Source: Bigelowiella natans CCMP2755 (taxonomy: Eukaryota > Protista > Cercozoa). From it: a stretch of 64,000 nucleotides of DNA. The position numbers and the translations under genes were made by a program. How positions within the stretch are numbered: position 1 is the stretch's first letter; each line of letters starts with the position of its first letter. Shown here one piece after another: positions 1-13,402 of the stretch. The notes under the pieces are model-generated. The model ran no database searches, was not told where the DNA came from, and saw nothing but the letters and a program-made list of their open reading frames with translations. Location: the NCBI GenBank assembly GCA_000320545.1, contig ADNK01001816.1, positions 73,704 to 137,703 of the forward strand. The letters run 5' to 3'.

Positions 1-1215
1 GAAGAACAGCGAAGAGAATAGCTACTATGGCGTCATTCGTATATCATGATGATGATGATGATGATGATGATGTATCGTAGCACTTGTGTGTCGGTCAGCT
101 AAATGTAGTTGTGCAGTCCAATCTTCCATGCAAAATGTTGGCATATACGTAAATTGTTAAATGGAATGGGTACATCACATAGGTGATACGTCTGCATTGT
201 TGTTGTTGTAGTGTGTGCTACTGGCCAATAAATGATGACTGCAGGTGTGCATGTGCATTCAGATGATCGATATGATGTGTGTAATTACTGTGTCTATTAT
301 TGTATGTAGCAGCAAAATGCTGCACCGGACAAGCATGAGAAGACCCTCACATGCAACTTGCACCTTGCTTGCAAGAACTAGAAAACAGACATGTCATTGT
401 GCATGCTAGCATGCTTTCTGCGCTTGCACCTCATTTGCATGTGCGTGACCGTTACACAGTGCACAGTTTGCCTGCTTTGCAACAGCACACATCCTGCATC
501 CTTGTCTTCGCCGCCATGCTAGCATGCTGCATGTGTGCCGCTAGGTGACAAGGCACATCCTGTGTGCTGTTCAACAACAACAAAGACCAGCACACTAGCA
601 CAGCTTGACAGTGTGCGCTGCAGCAGGCAGATAGTTGACCAATTGAGCACGTGTTTGTCGTCATGTGTTTTTTGTTGTTGATTGCACGTGCTTGCATGCA
701 CCTCATGCATCCTAGAGCTTTAGCTTGCACAAGCAGCAGGCGGGCATATGGATGAACAATCGTCATCTGTGCTGGCATGTGCTAGTGTGGCAAGTGACAC
801 GTGGGCTAGGCAGTCTAGCCATGCCTACCACTTGTGATTGTGGAGTGGCACATGTTGCACAATTGCAATTTTGCATCATCTCATTTGTTTGGTTTATTGT
901 TGGTGGTGTCTGAATGATGGAATGTATCTTGGTCATGCATGTGCATCCCTGCTGTGGCCTAGCTAGGAAACACTTCACTATTGAGCATGCCATTCATCTT
1001 GCGACCGTCACACATCATTGCGGTGCACCTTGGCGCACCAAGCTACGCACAAACGCATGCACACACGCACAAACGCACACATTACATTAGCATGTTTTAC
1101 GGCATTTGAAAACGTACATGTGACACGACTATCATTTACACTTAATAAACAATGTCAGTGAGCGACGTAATAAATGAATGTATCACATGACAAGCAGCAA
1201 CATAGCTCTTATCTA

Positions 1216-1329
1216 TTACTCAAGCAATGGTTTTAGATGCTCCAGCCATTGTTCAAGAGTAAAGCCACTAGATACACCGCCATCTTCAATGCCTTTAATT
1301 GAGATTTACAAGTCAGATGATTCAACACA

Positions 1330-1381
<52 letters not shown>

Positions 1382-3408
1382 ATTATTTTCATCTCATTAT
1401 CCCCGTAAACGTTGCTTAAATGCCAAATAAATATGAGAGCGTAATTATAATAACTTATTGTATTGTTTTTCTGATTCTGATTGTTGACTGTTAGTCTGTT
1501 GAAATGATAGCTTGGTTCTCTCTTCTACTCCTTCACACCGTTTACATAAACTGTAGGACTAACGTGCAGGCCAGCCTTTAACATAAGCATAACAACAACA
1601 ACAACAACAACCAAGAAGAAGAAGAAAAACAACTATCAGGATATTATTATTGTTAGTGTCGTGTTTATTCAGCACACAATTCAATAAATACGAAGTAAAT
1701 GTACACTTCCTCGCCTTATCAGCAAGACAATACACTATTTTAAATGAGGATGTAGAAAAATCATCATTTTTGTATGTATTGCAACCCATGGTCACTCCTC
1801 ATTTAAAAGACAAAATCGTTCCTGATCCTGTTAGTGCTAAGGGAACTCTTCCTCACCTTTCTTGATTGCTTGATGTAGAGTTTCAGCAAACCGGTCATCT
1901 AGTACGAGCAACAACAACAACAACAGAAAGAAGAAGAAGAAGAAGAAGAAGAAGAAGAAGAAGAAGAAGAAAATTGTGCTGTTCACTACACCCTATTTTC
2001 ACCCAATCGTACCATAATAAACGGATAAGCACAATGTTAATTAACTCTAGGGATGAAGATGTCCGAAATGGTCATATCAACGTAAGATGCTTCCTATGAT
2101 ATTATTTATCTGGGATACATGTAGCACCTCATTGCCTCCGTTGTGTTCTTTACGTTCCTGACATTAGTGAAACAAACGAATGAATGTGTGGAATTATGTG
2201 TAGTGTAGGGTGCTACACATCTATCTGGACATTGGGCAAGTTTAAGATGACTATGGTGATAATGATTTACGATGATGATGATGATGATGATGATGATGTG
2301 TCATGGTGACCTCATATGGTTTATCAAGTTCTTTTACAGTAAGGAGAGATATCATGCTTGTCCTATTGATCATGGTAGTAGTAGTAGTAGTAGTAGTAGT
2401 AGTAATAGCTGTATTAAGTAAAAATACATGTTATGCAAGAACAAGAAGTACTGATACACTGCTAATGATATTGTTTAAATGAATAGTCTTAAAATACCAT
2501 CATCCAAGTCAAAGGAAAATATTAGTAGTAGCAGGGTCATCGACTACTGCAAAACCTATCAATCCCAACAGTGCCTGCAAGTTGAGCTAATTCTTCATAT
2601 ATCTGCCATATGTGAGAAGGAAAGAATGAAGGAAGGCAGTGAGGCTGTTACTAGCGGCAAAGAGAAGGAAGGGCTTGAATGATGATGATCAACAAGCACC
2701 CAGCATAAATTTCAATAATACTATATATGTATATTCTCTGGTGGTGATGCAAAGTGAGCAATGAGTACAAACTTGTATTACGATGTGCTAGTACCCAGCA
2801 TCATCAATCAGTACTACGTACTTTTACCCCACTCTTGCACGTCATTCATTCTCAGCTCTCAATTCACTACAGCATGCCACACAAACGTCATCGTCATTAT
2901 CATCATCATCAGCATCATCATCTTCATCATCGACTCTGTTATAACTCACTTGCTTTCTTGACTTGTCGTATAGAGCATCGTCCATAAATTTGGCCTACAT
3001 ATATTTAGGAGGCAGCATATACACACGCATTTTGCACTAAGAAACCTTGCGACAAGCGACAGGATGCTGATGCTGATGTTGGATTTGATAGTTGTGTGTA
3101 ATCATTTGTAAGCAAGGACAACAATGCTCACATCGATACAATTCATTACTTATAGGAAGAACAATAACAACAACACCACCAACACTTATTATAATACAAC
3201 AACTGCTGCTACTTCATTTATAGGAAGTTAAATACAGAATCATACGACACATACACAGAGTACATTCTACACACTACTACTAGTAGTACTAGTGCTACTA
3301 CTTGGTTTTGGAATAGAGCCATTGAATATTTACTATACGCCTCAATACCACCCAGCTTCTCTGCTGATAATGCTGCCTGTTGTAACCACACACACACACG
3401 CATATATA

Positions 3409-3447
<39 letters not shown>

Positions 3448-3651
3448 TATAGATTATTTAGTACTGAATGATGGGTTACCCATCGTGGGGTTAATGAGAA
3501 GATAAAGGAGGAGGAGGAGGAGGAGGGGTAAAACAAAAAGATCGGTTCTATGAAACTGGATTCATCATCATCATCAGCAGCAGCAGCAGCAGCTGTAGCA
3601 GCGGCAGCAGGTATGAAACAATGAATCATCTATTGGAAAAATATTGCTTTA

Positions 3652-3687
<36 letters not shown>

Positions 3688-3938
3688 GTGCAGAAGGCTT
3701 GATGCAGGGTGCCATGGTTGTATCTGGTTGAATTCTGTTATCAGTACCTGAAGTGATAAAGCAAACAAGCATATCCAAAAAGGTAAGAGGACGGGGGAGG
3801 GGAAGAGGATGAATGTTGTATTAGTTACTTCACGTAGTACTGCATATGATATGTGCATCATAATACTACCTACTGCTACTACTACTTGTACTACTTTTGA
3901 AACAACACGCCTTCTTTCGAGCATGTTGATCATCATTA

Positions 3939-3997
<59 letters not shown>

Positions 3998-4153
3998 TTA
4001 CAAGAAATAGCCTTCAATCCAAACAACTGTGCTGGTAGTAGTACTAGTAGTAGTAGTAGTAGTACTCTATTTGGATGGTGTTCCTTTAAGTATGGAAGAA
4101 GCCTACAGTGGTAAGTGAAAATAATGGCATCATGTAAGAGATGTGATGATAAC

Positions 4154-4185
<32 letters not shown>

Positions 4186-4493
4186 CGATGAAATCCCATA
4201 AACTATATAACAATAAGCAATTTCACTATCACAACTACTACTATCACTAAATTACTATTTAATACTAGTAGTTATCTAACATCAAATAATACATTGCCTA
4301 TACTCTCCCTTCTTTCTCTCCCCCCTCCCCCCCCCCCCATGATAGTATCACTACTAGTTCTATACTACTTATCATGGAGTGTAAGGAACATCTTCTTGCT
4401 GAATGGGCATGTAAAATCCAGGTATCTGTAGTAGTAGTATACGAGATATGGTGATCATCAGAGATAGTAGTAGTAGTAGTAGTATATGTCCTT

Positions 4494-4528
<35 letters not shown>

Positions 4529-6160
4529 ACGTCTACAGTGCGTTGTCAGCTTATACGGTGGTGTATTTGGAGCAAACAAGCATCTCTCCTTCCAAAGCAT
4601 TGATGAATGTTATATCAACTACCATCTCACCTTCCATATATTTGATCATGTTATATGATGACAACACTCCATGTACAAATTGATTCATAAATGAGATGTA
4701 TGCTGTCATCTTAAAACAAGTAATATATATTGATATATAAGATAATATTGGTAGTAGTACACGTCTATTCGCACTGGTGCTGCGATGTTTCCGTATCGAT
4801 GGCCTATATCAAATTGATAACCCACGCAATGTCAATGATGTACATAGTAGCAGCCATACGCACGAGTAACAGCATATGTAAGAAGATAAGGCGTGATAAC
4901 TATGTGTACTATGTGCCAGGCCTTATCTCTTCTCTACAATGGCAAGAACAACCACCTAGCGGTGCAGATGGGAGGGGGGGACCACCAAGAGAAATAGGGA
5001 TAACAGCAGCTGCTCCTTCTTTGCCCTGCTCGTTTATCACGCAACAGGAAGTAAATTGTGTTGTTGTTGTGGTTGCTGCTACAGCTGCTTTTCCTGACAA
5101 GCCTTCTATTATGTGTGAATGCTTGTAAAAACTATGTAACAGTAATGCATAGTTCATTTACAATATAAGATCTACCTGCTCTGCAGCTTGTACTCTACTC
5201 TTAGCATTCAATGGTGATCTTGTTGTTGTATAGGGATTTAGAGATGTTTCAATTACTGCATGATAGCATTATCCATTCATTGTAGTGCATTCATCTGCAA
5301 GACATGTCGGCATAACGAGAATATTTCAACATATTACTGAATTGCACAAGGACTAGACCAATTTCAAAATAAAAAATATGATAAAAATGGATTTAATGCC
5401 GATAATACGCGTACTATTATCTTGAGGATATATGGAAATAGAAGGAGAGAAAAGAGAAAACATAAAAATATCAGTATTACGCTGAACCCCCCCCAACAAG
5501 GCCAACAGATGCGAGGCGCTGCATGGAATATATCATGATTCAATATAAAAACACATACACGTACATGTAAAAACCACAGGTACATCAAATAATATTATAT
5601 ATAAATATATATATACATATATAATTGTATTATAATTGTATTCTGCACAATGTCTTACGTGTGCGTGTGTGCGGATTAGTGTGAATAAGTTTGGATTTGA
5701 ACATTTTATCTCCCTTTCTGGTGTTTTACTACTAGTCATTACTATAAATTTTCGCCTCGAAAGAAGAGATGATGCCCTCATGTGAGTGCTCCTTACACCG
5801 CTGCTGCTACCGCTACTGCATGATGAAAAGCGATTAAACGTCGGCATAAGAGAATCATCGTAAAAATCAAGCTCATTCAATCATATACTAACAGGAGAAA
5901 CTTGGATGATGATGATGATGATGATCCATAGCGTCCACCTGATATATCACAACAATTGGTACTACATCGTCATCGATTGAAATATTAACCCTTCGATCAT
6001 TGCAACGAAGAAGAAGAGAAGGGTAGGTGAATGCTGTTTCTAATATGTTAGTTGTTGTTAGATTTAATTTACCAAGATAGGAAGCTCCAGAAAATGGTAA
6101 AGAGCAGGACATCGTAGCAACCAAGAGTGTGTTAAGAATCTTCTAATAAGGGTGATGAAC

Positions 6161-6199
<39 letters not shown>

Positions 6200-6302
6200 G
6201 CAGAAAGAGAATGCACGAGCATTCATGCATCCAGACATTCAGGCGAATTACAAGATTTTATACCCCATCTCGAAAAGTTAAAGAATTTATGACAAGTATC
6301 AT
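1216..6302 (-). CDS. DsbA-like thioredoxin-fold protein (yeast Pxp2/YJR111C-like, Thioredoxin_4 type), multi-exon; 5' end tentative
   Basis: Exons joined at GT-AG on the minus strand: GKEGAAAVIPISLGGPPLPSAPL (~4956-5026), GHRYGNIAAPVRID (~4762-4803), YLDFTCPFSKKMFLTLHD (~4370-4425), NQIQPWHPASSLLHE (~3684-3732), AALSAEKLGGIEAYSKYSMALFQNQ, AKFMDDALYDKSRKQ, IYEELAQLAGTVGID, ERKEHNGGNE, MTGLLKLYIKQSRK, AGLHVSPTVYVNG, IEDGGVSSGFTLEQWLEHLKPLLE* (stop 1216-1218). The YLDxxCPFS, QPWHP and GxHVSPT motifs match this family. The region 5170-6300 looks like a leader, but its exons are uncertain. Confidence 0.82.
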
Positions 6303-6897
6303 GAAACGGGGGTGGGGGCACCATCGACGTGTCAGCAACGTGGCAGATCCTCTGTCGACAAGTTTCCTTTTTATGCGTAATATTTCTAAGAGAGTAGCAT
6401 ATTCCACTGACAACACTAACAACAACCCAACGAAGTACTTCAATGCTTAATTTATTTTACGAATTAATAATAATAAGTCGCTCCAACCCTGTTGTTCTTA
6501 CTACTACGTACTGCTGCTGCTCCTGGAAATTAAGGTAGTAATACCTAAAAGATCTCACCTGCTACGAGCACTACGAGCACTACAATACTACGACGACGCA
6601 CTGATCAGTGAAGTTGGATGTAAAATGAATATTTGCTAGTTAATTAGTTAAATGGTATGTTGTCCGATGACGCAGACTTGAAAATCATTGTATTTGAAGT
6701 ATAGACATGTTTCATTTGTGGAAGAAATAGGTCTGAATCTACAACAACAACCCCAACAACCCACTTGTGATACCCACCTCTACTACTTCTGCCACGTACG
6801 ACTACCATGACTCCTCGCATTCTCCTACCCCTAGATCTACCAGTGAAATAGGATCAGAGACTTTCTGTATTAATTCTCTTCGGAGAATCCTCCTGCA

Positions 6898-8714
6898 ATG
6901 TCTGAATTCAAAACAGAAATGCGACACAGGAGCAATGCAATTATGGCAAATAATGTTGAGGGTGTTGATCATCTGAGCGACAGAAATAATCGTATGGAGG
7001 TTAAGAAATCTCCGCGAAGGTTATGCCACACTTAAGAATGACGGAATGTTATAAATTCAATCGACACAAAGGGATGTATTTAAGCTTGTAATATGTAGAT
7101 TGATAGAAGGAATACGTTGGAACAGCTCAATCAACCTTTATGATCCTTGTTTTTCACTGTGATGGGTATTAGATTTGGACGAAGGATGACGTTCTTAGGA
7201 GAACTGCTATACCAATGGTCAGAGATCGATGCATCTTTGGAGCACGTGATTACATGTGTCATGTACTTCAATAAACATCCAGATGTTGGAAGAGTCAAGG
7301 TGTTATTGTTTCTGTAGAGGCCTGAAGAAGAAGCAAAATAATCTTATGTTGTCGTCGAGAGAAGTGATTGATTTTGGACTACGTTTCTATTTGTTGTCAT
7401 ATTTGCAACGGATGTTATTAAGATAAATATGGCATGCATACTTTTTAGATGATTACAAAAATTAAGTTATTACATATGAAACTCAATAAATAGTGAATAA
7501 GTATATTGGTTTGTTGGTTATTTATCAAATTATTCCTACCGTTCTTTACCATAAAGCAACTGCTCCGTGAGAGACTTCTCGTTTACGATCGATTCTGCTC
7601 TATAGCAGTAAATGATGAAGAGGAGGGTGGGGATATCGATATTAATCACGATCAAACTGGCCAACATTATCATCATGGCCATCATCATCATGCATGGGAG
7701 AAGTTGGAAGTTGAAGCAATCGATATGGACTATCATTTGGTGGAAATAGATCTGCCAGCAGGGTCTACTAAGAAGGAAGTCGATACATTCGTAGCATCAA
7801 CATATGCAGCTCGATTAGATCCTGACAAACCGCTTTGGAGGTAGTGACACTACTACTAAATTGTTCAAGCTGACGACAAACAACCATCAGTACATCATTT
7901 AGACAACAGCATCATCGACTTAGTTCTTCTTTTTCTTCTTTTGCAACCACTACTACTACTGCTACTAGGTTCTATTTGGTACGTGTTTCCTCTGGGATAA
8001 GTGCATGTGTATGTAGAATCCATCATTCTGTTGGTGATGGAACCACATTGATTGAGGTACTCTTATCTCTTATGGACAAGAAGAACAAGACAGGGCATGC
8101 AAAAAGTTTGCAAGAAAAACAAAAAAAAGAAGAAGAAGAAAAGGAAGATACCAAAGAGCAGAGCCCCCAAAAGGAGCTTAAGAGCCAGCAGAGAAAAGAA
8201 GAGATGAAAAGGAGGGAGGAAGAGGATGTGACAACTGTGATTAACAGTACTACTATAATGAAGAACAAAAGCGAGGAGATATCGAAGGAAAAGAGGACAA
8301 TACGATCATACGCAACGAAACGGTCCTCACCCTCCTGGATTAGTACTCTAAGAACCCCTCCACCTGTCTTTGCTCTCAGAGTGATGAAATGGGTATGGGG
8401 AGTGCTCATGGCTATCATGTATGTATTCCATCGTAAAGACACGCCAAATCGCCTAAAGATAGGGTCAGTAAAGCTGCTTTCTACAGGAAGAACAGTGTCA
8501 CACGGTGGTAGTAGCAATAGTAGTAGTAATAGTAGTAGTAGTAGTAGTAGTAGTAGTATATTCATATTGAAAGAGAGTACTCTTGATAACAATGCACTGA
8601 TAATTGAGAATGAAGAACTCAATGCTGATCTTCACGATTGTTGTTGTTGTTGTTTGCACAACGTAATACGCTATTCTCCAACTGCAGCACTATCGTACTA
8701 CTATTATCTTACAC

Positions 8715-8752
<38 letters not shown>

Positions 8753-10698
8753 CCTCCTCCAACTCCTCCTCTTCCTTTGAAGGAATGAAGATCCCGTTGA
8801 AGCTGTTCAAAGAGAGTGGAAGGCTTGTTGGGGGTACAATTAATGACGTCATCGTTGCAACACTCACAGCAAGTAATAGATCCTAGACGATGTACCCTCA
8901 CACCCCTCACTCTAATATATACAATACAGTGCTAACTGTAGTACACTTAACTTAGAATGGAATAGTAGTACAGCACAATATGGACAGAAGAGTGGAATAA
9001 TAATGATAATTATTAATATTAATGACAATAATAACAATAATAATTATAATACTGCGTGGAATGCAACAGTACGACAGAATGGAATAATAACGATAATAAT
9101 AATAACAATAATAATAATAATAGTGCGTGGATTATACGACAATCCTTCGCCTCCTCCTGCTGCTAATGATGATCTAAACTCTTTTTGACTTTTCACGTCC
9201 TCGTCGTTGTCGTAATCGTATTCTTAAAATGACGTGATTGATCCTCCTCGTCTAATAGCTGTGCGACGGTATTTGGAGAAACACGATCCAGATCTATTTC
9301 AAGACAAGTCATCAACACCACCCCGCATAACCGTGCTCTTTCCTCTCAATATGCGCTTTGGAAGTGGTGGTTATTACTACAAATGGAAAGCATGCGTCAT
9401 CATCTGTTGTTGTTATTATTGTTGTTGGAAATATATGATGGTCAAAATAATTTGTCATCTAATCATGTTTCTGACTACTGCTACAACTACTACTACTATT
9501 TACTACTTACTACTACTACTATCGTTTAACTGATGAATGGTGTCAATACATTACTATCGTTTAACTGATGAATGGTGTCAATATATATATTACGACGCAG
9601 CAGACATCAACATATCTGACCCCTCCCAGTTTGGAAATCAATTCACGTTAGTTCCATTGAGTCTTCCTCTAGAATATGCTGCTGGAAATACTCAAGAAGA
9701 GCTTATTGACCTGCTTATTGCATGTAAATGTTATTGTGACGAGATGAAGCTTTCTCCCATGCCGGTACGTGTGTACGTTATGTGTGTGTATGTGTGTGTG
9801 TGTGTGTTTTGGAACAACAGCAAGCACCTCTTAGCATCGAGCACCAATAACAGGTTGTAGTCACATTGCTAAACAAACTTGCTATGAAGCTGCTTCCATC
9901 TGAGTGGTACTGAGTGCTAGCCAGTAGTATTGTTGCTTTTTACTGACTTTTGAGTAGTAGTAGTATCTTCTTCTAAATCTTTAATGCTAATCCATATTCC
10001 ATGCCCCTCTCGAAGACATTAATCATCATCGTCATCATCATCATCGTCATCATCATCACCACCACCACCACTGTATCATCAGGTATCATTCTTTAACATT
10101 TTACTTGTTGGAGAAGGCAACCGGGTTATTCACCAACGTTCCAGGACCTCGAAAGAGTGTGAGTGTTGCCGGTGAGATTGTCGATGACCTGATGTTTTAT
10201 GTGCCTGCTCTCTGCTCAACGACATTCAGCATTCTCTCCTACAACGGATATATAAACTTTGGTGTGATGGCCAACAAGGGAGGGGGGCTAAACATCAAAC
10301 CGCAAGAACTTACACGATTATTCAGGGAACAGTTTTACCAGATTCACGAGGCTGTTATTGCTGCTGCTGCTGCTGCTAGTGATGAAGATGAGGAAGATGA
10401 GAATAAAGTGCATATATCACCATTGCCATACAAGCATAAAGAACCAAAAAGTGAGCATAGGAAGGAATTGTTACTACTACGAGAAAGATATCTACAGAAG
10501 GGGAAACAGCTAAGAGCACCATGGTCATCTTACATGATGAGCTTTGGTTTATTCGTGTTGATACTCACTCGATATCGATTGTTGTTAGTGTTGTACCTTG
10601 TTGCTGTTGCGACTGCATATATAATGCTTTGTTATGAATGGGTGTCCTCCTTACTGGAAGATGGGGTTGTTCAATTTCCAATATTTATTATCCCCTAG
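6898..10698 (+). CDS. Wax ester synthase / diacylglycerol acyltransferase (WS/DGAT, WSD1-like), multi-exon
   Basis: Catalytic HHxxxDG motif (RIHHSVGDG, ~8015-8041). Other family motifs: LDPDKPLWRFY, GTINDVIVA, FPLNMR, FGNQF, FTNVPGP, FSILSYNG. Probable ATG at 6898 (MSEFKTEMRHRS...), stop 10698. Hydrophobic C-terminal tail. Confidence 0.9.
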
Positions 10699-11342
10699 AT
10701 GAGTATGATTCTTAAAATAAACCTATAATTGATACATTGATGTGAGAATACGTTATTATTAGAATCACGTGAACAATGCTAAATATGAATGATCGAGCAT
10801 CACATAGTGAGCCTTTGCAATAATTCGATGTGTTTTTATTGAATTATCATTTGCGTTGAATGGCATTAGCGGTGAGAGCATGATCAGCAGCTTGATGAGT
10901 TTGTAAAAGCTTCTTGCCACCAATAGTGCACGTACAAGTATAGGGGTCCACATGTGAGGCTGCAAGCAGTGGAAGGATTTACCACACATGTGTACTTACA
11001 CAGCAGTTTAGCAGTGCTACAATGGTGCTCATCCACATGTTGCATCTTGATCATGTGCTGTACATGCAGCGTGCCCGCTTCTCATTAGAACACAGTCGAT
11101 CAATGCTCTGCCAGATGGTTTTAGGCACATATACGCGCTCTTGTCTAGTTTTTGGATAACAAAGGGCTATTCGTGTTATTTTCAATGTATGCAGCATCAG
11201 CATCATACTAGAGCAGCATAATTTGCAATGATCTATGTAGCATCATCAGATTGAGTTCTATGGCTTGCATGGGGGTCGCATGGGATGAGCTCTTTTGTTT
11301 GTATTGCCTGCATCAAGCTGTGGTAGTATATATACGTGATAT

Positions 11343-11915
11343 TTATTGCAGTTTTTCTAAAAATCTTTCTGCATTTTCTTTCCACCCCACGTCCAGCATA
11401 ACATCGTGTGCTCCTTCTAACCATACTATTTCATCATCGTCAACATTCAAAAATCTTGCAGTCTCGACGACACCCTCGTCATCCACCAGAAAGTCATTTT
11501 TAGCTCCAAATACCAACACTTTATCTGAAGCTGTTGCTGCTGCATTTTTTGGATAATTTAGGAAATAAATATGATGTGGGCACATTTATGCATGAATCTT
11601 GCATCAAGTGATTAGCCTTCATCTCTTACACCTCATCATTCCCATTACGCTTCTAAGCTCCCTAACACCATCTACATCGTCGTCGTCATCATCATATCTA
11701 GCGATACTGGTGCATTATTATTATTATGATCATTATGCTTATAATTATTATTATTATTATCAATTTGATATGACCTATTTTGCTGCTTTCCATAGCCCAT
11801 GCGGCTGTTTTCCCATTGTCACTCATCTTGGAGGTCTCTACTGGAAGTCTCCTCAACACACTGCCATATGGATGGGGATATAGTTGTATGATAGACATCT
11901 GTGTGTAACGTCGTT

Positions 11916-11949
<34 letters not shown>

Positions 11950-13332
11950 GTGGGGGCACCTAAGAGCAGCCTTTCTATGCTGATGATAATCATGATAACA
12001 ACTTTGTATGCTGATGATAATCATCACGACAACTTCAAGAAGACGATATTACTACTACCTTTGCAGATCAATGAAGGAATTCGAGTCCTTCCTGAAGTGT
12101 TCTTGCATGTATCGTAAGACCTTGTCGTCATCCATATCCTTCAAGGAGGAAGAACAAGAACAAGAACAAGAAGAAGAAGAAGAAAAATATCAACAACAAC
12201 AACAAACGCAATAACAATCCGGCAAGAGCAGTACACCACATCATCATCATTATCATCCATCACAAATGAACGTGATGAACCCTGAAAACAACAAGGATTA
12301 GACGACCAACACCAGCAGCATCATCAATAACAACATACATGTAACAAGCTCGGTACTCATAATAAGTTAGTATCATAGAATTTATCGATTTGGATACGAT
12401 TATTTGCTACCTCAGAAAAAAAGAATTTCTTGCAGAGTTGAGGTTGTTGAGCGGCATCCTTGAGCACAAATCCTCGGGTAATATCCCATGTTACCTAGTG
12501 GTTGTTTCAAAGCTGTTTATTAAGTTGTTGTTCTTGTTGTTATGAAAAGAAGAAGCAAACGATATGCCATCTATATTTTGTCTTAATTAGCATCACAAGC
12601 TTGTGTACCGACAGCTGTGCTAGTAGTTGGCAGTAGTAGTAGTAGTGAGCTTAATTATCATCATAATCATTGATATTATCAGTCTCAGTGCTCGACTAGG
12701 ACGTTGAGATCAACTACCTCCCACCCCCTCGTATCGATGAACCTTTTAGTCATTGGTCCATTGCCACTAGGAGGCACACTGATTTTGTGTGGTAATGATA
12801 CATGGGCGTTATTGTGTTATTATTCAGGTGATGAATGATACAGAGAGAGAAAAGCAGATAGTTCCATTTGGAATCATGACCAAGATGATAATTCTCCACC
12901 ATTTCCTCCTCATTATCATCATCATCTCCACCATCATCATCACATCCTCATCCTCATCATCATCATCATCATCACTCATCGAATACACCTGCAAAATAAA
13001 GCTACGGCGCTGAACTTTATTGAGAGAATAGTAGTAGCAAACGAGGTCAGAATTTAGTCAAACGCTGCTGCATCATCATCATCTCTGTTTAGTTGATTGC
13101 TTTTAATGCTCCTATGAGGCTGCATTACATATATTGTATACGATAGCAGCAGTAGTATCTTTCTTACCTTATCAAGATTTCCTTGAATTGTTTTCATCGC
13201 CACCATCCCTCTTTTCGATAAGATATCAATCAAGCACAAAAGAACAAGAACAACCACAATATTTTAATACACATTCCAATGTTGAAGAAGAGGGCGCATC
13301 AACCAACGCCTCCATATACTTTCTCATCAGAT

Positions 13333-13402
<70 letters not shown>

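Noticed and set aside
1-21. Possible C-terminus (EEQRRE*) of a plus-strand gene entering the window
   Set aside because: Too short to support, although it would extend the alternating pattern.
351-993. Overlapping 60-108-aa ORFs rich in C/H/M/A on both strands
   Set aside because: They are a side effect of TpA loss removing TAA/TAG stops; no protein motif is present.
311-1080. CpG-methylation decay or fungal RIP as the cause of the TG/CA richness
   Set aside because: The missing dinucleotide is TpA. RIP would create TpA, and CpG decay would not remove it. CpG is clearly retained in the subtelomeric tract.
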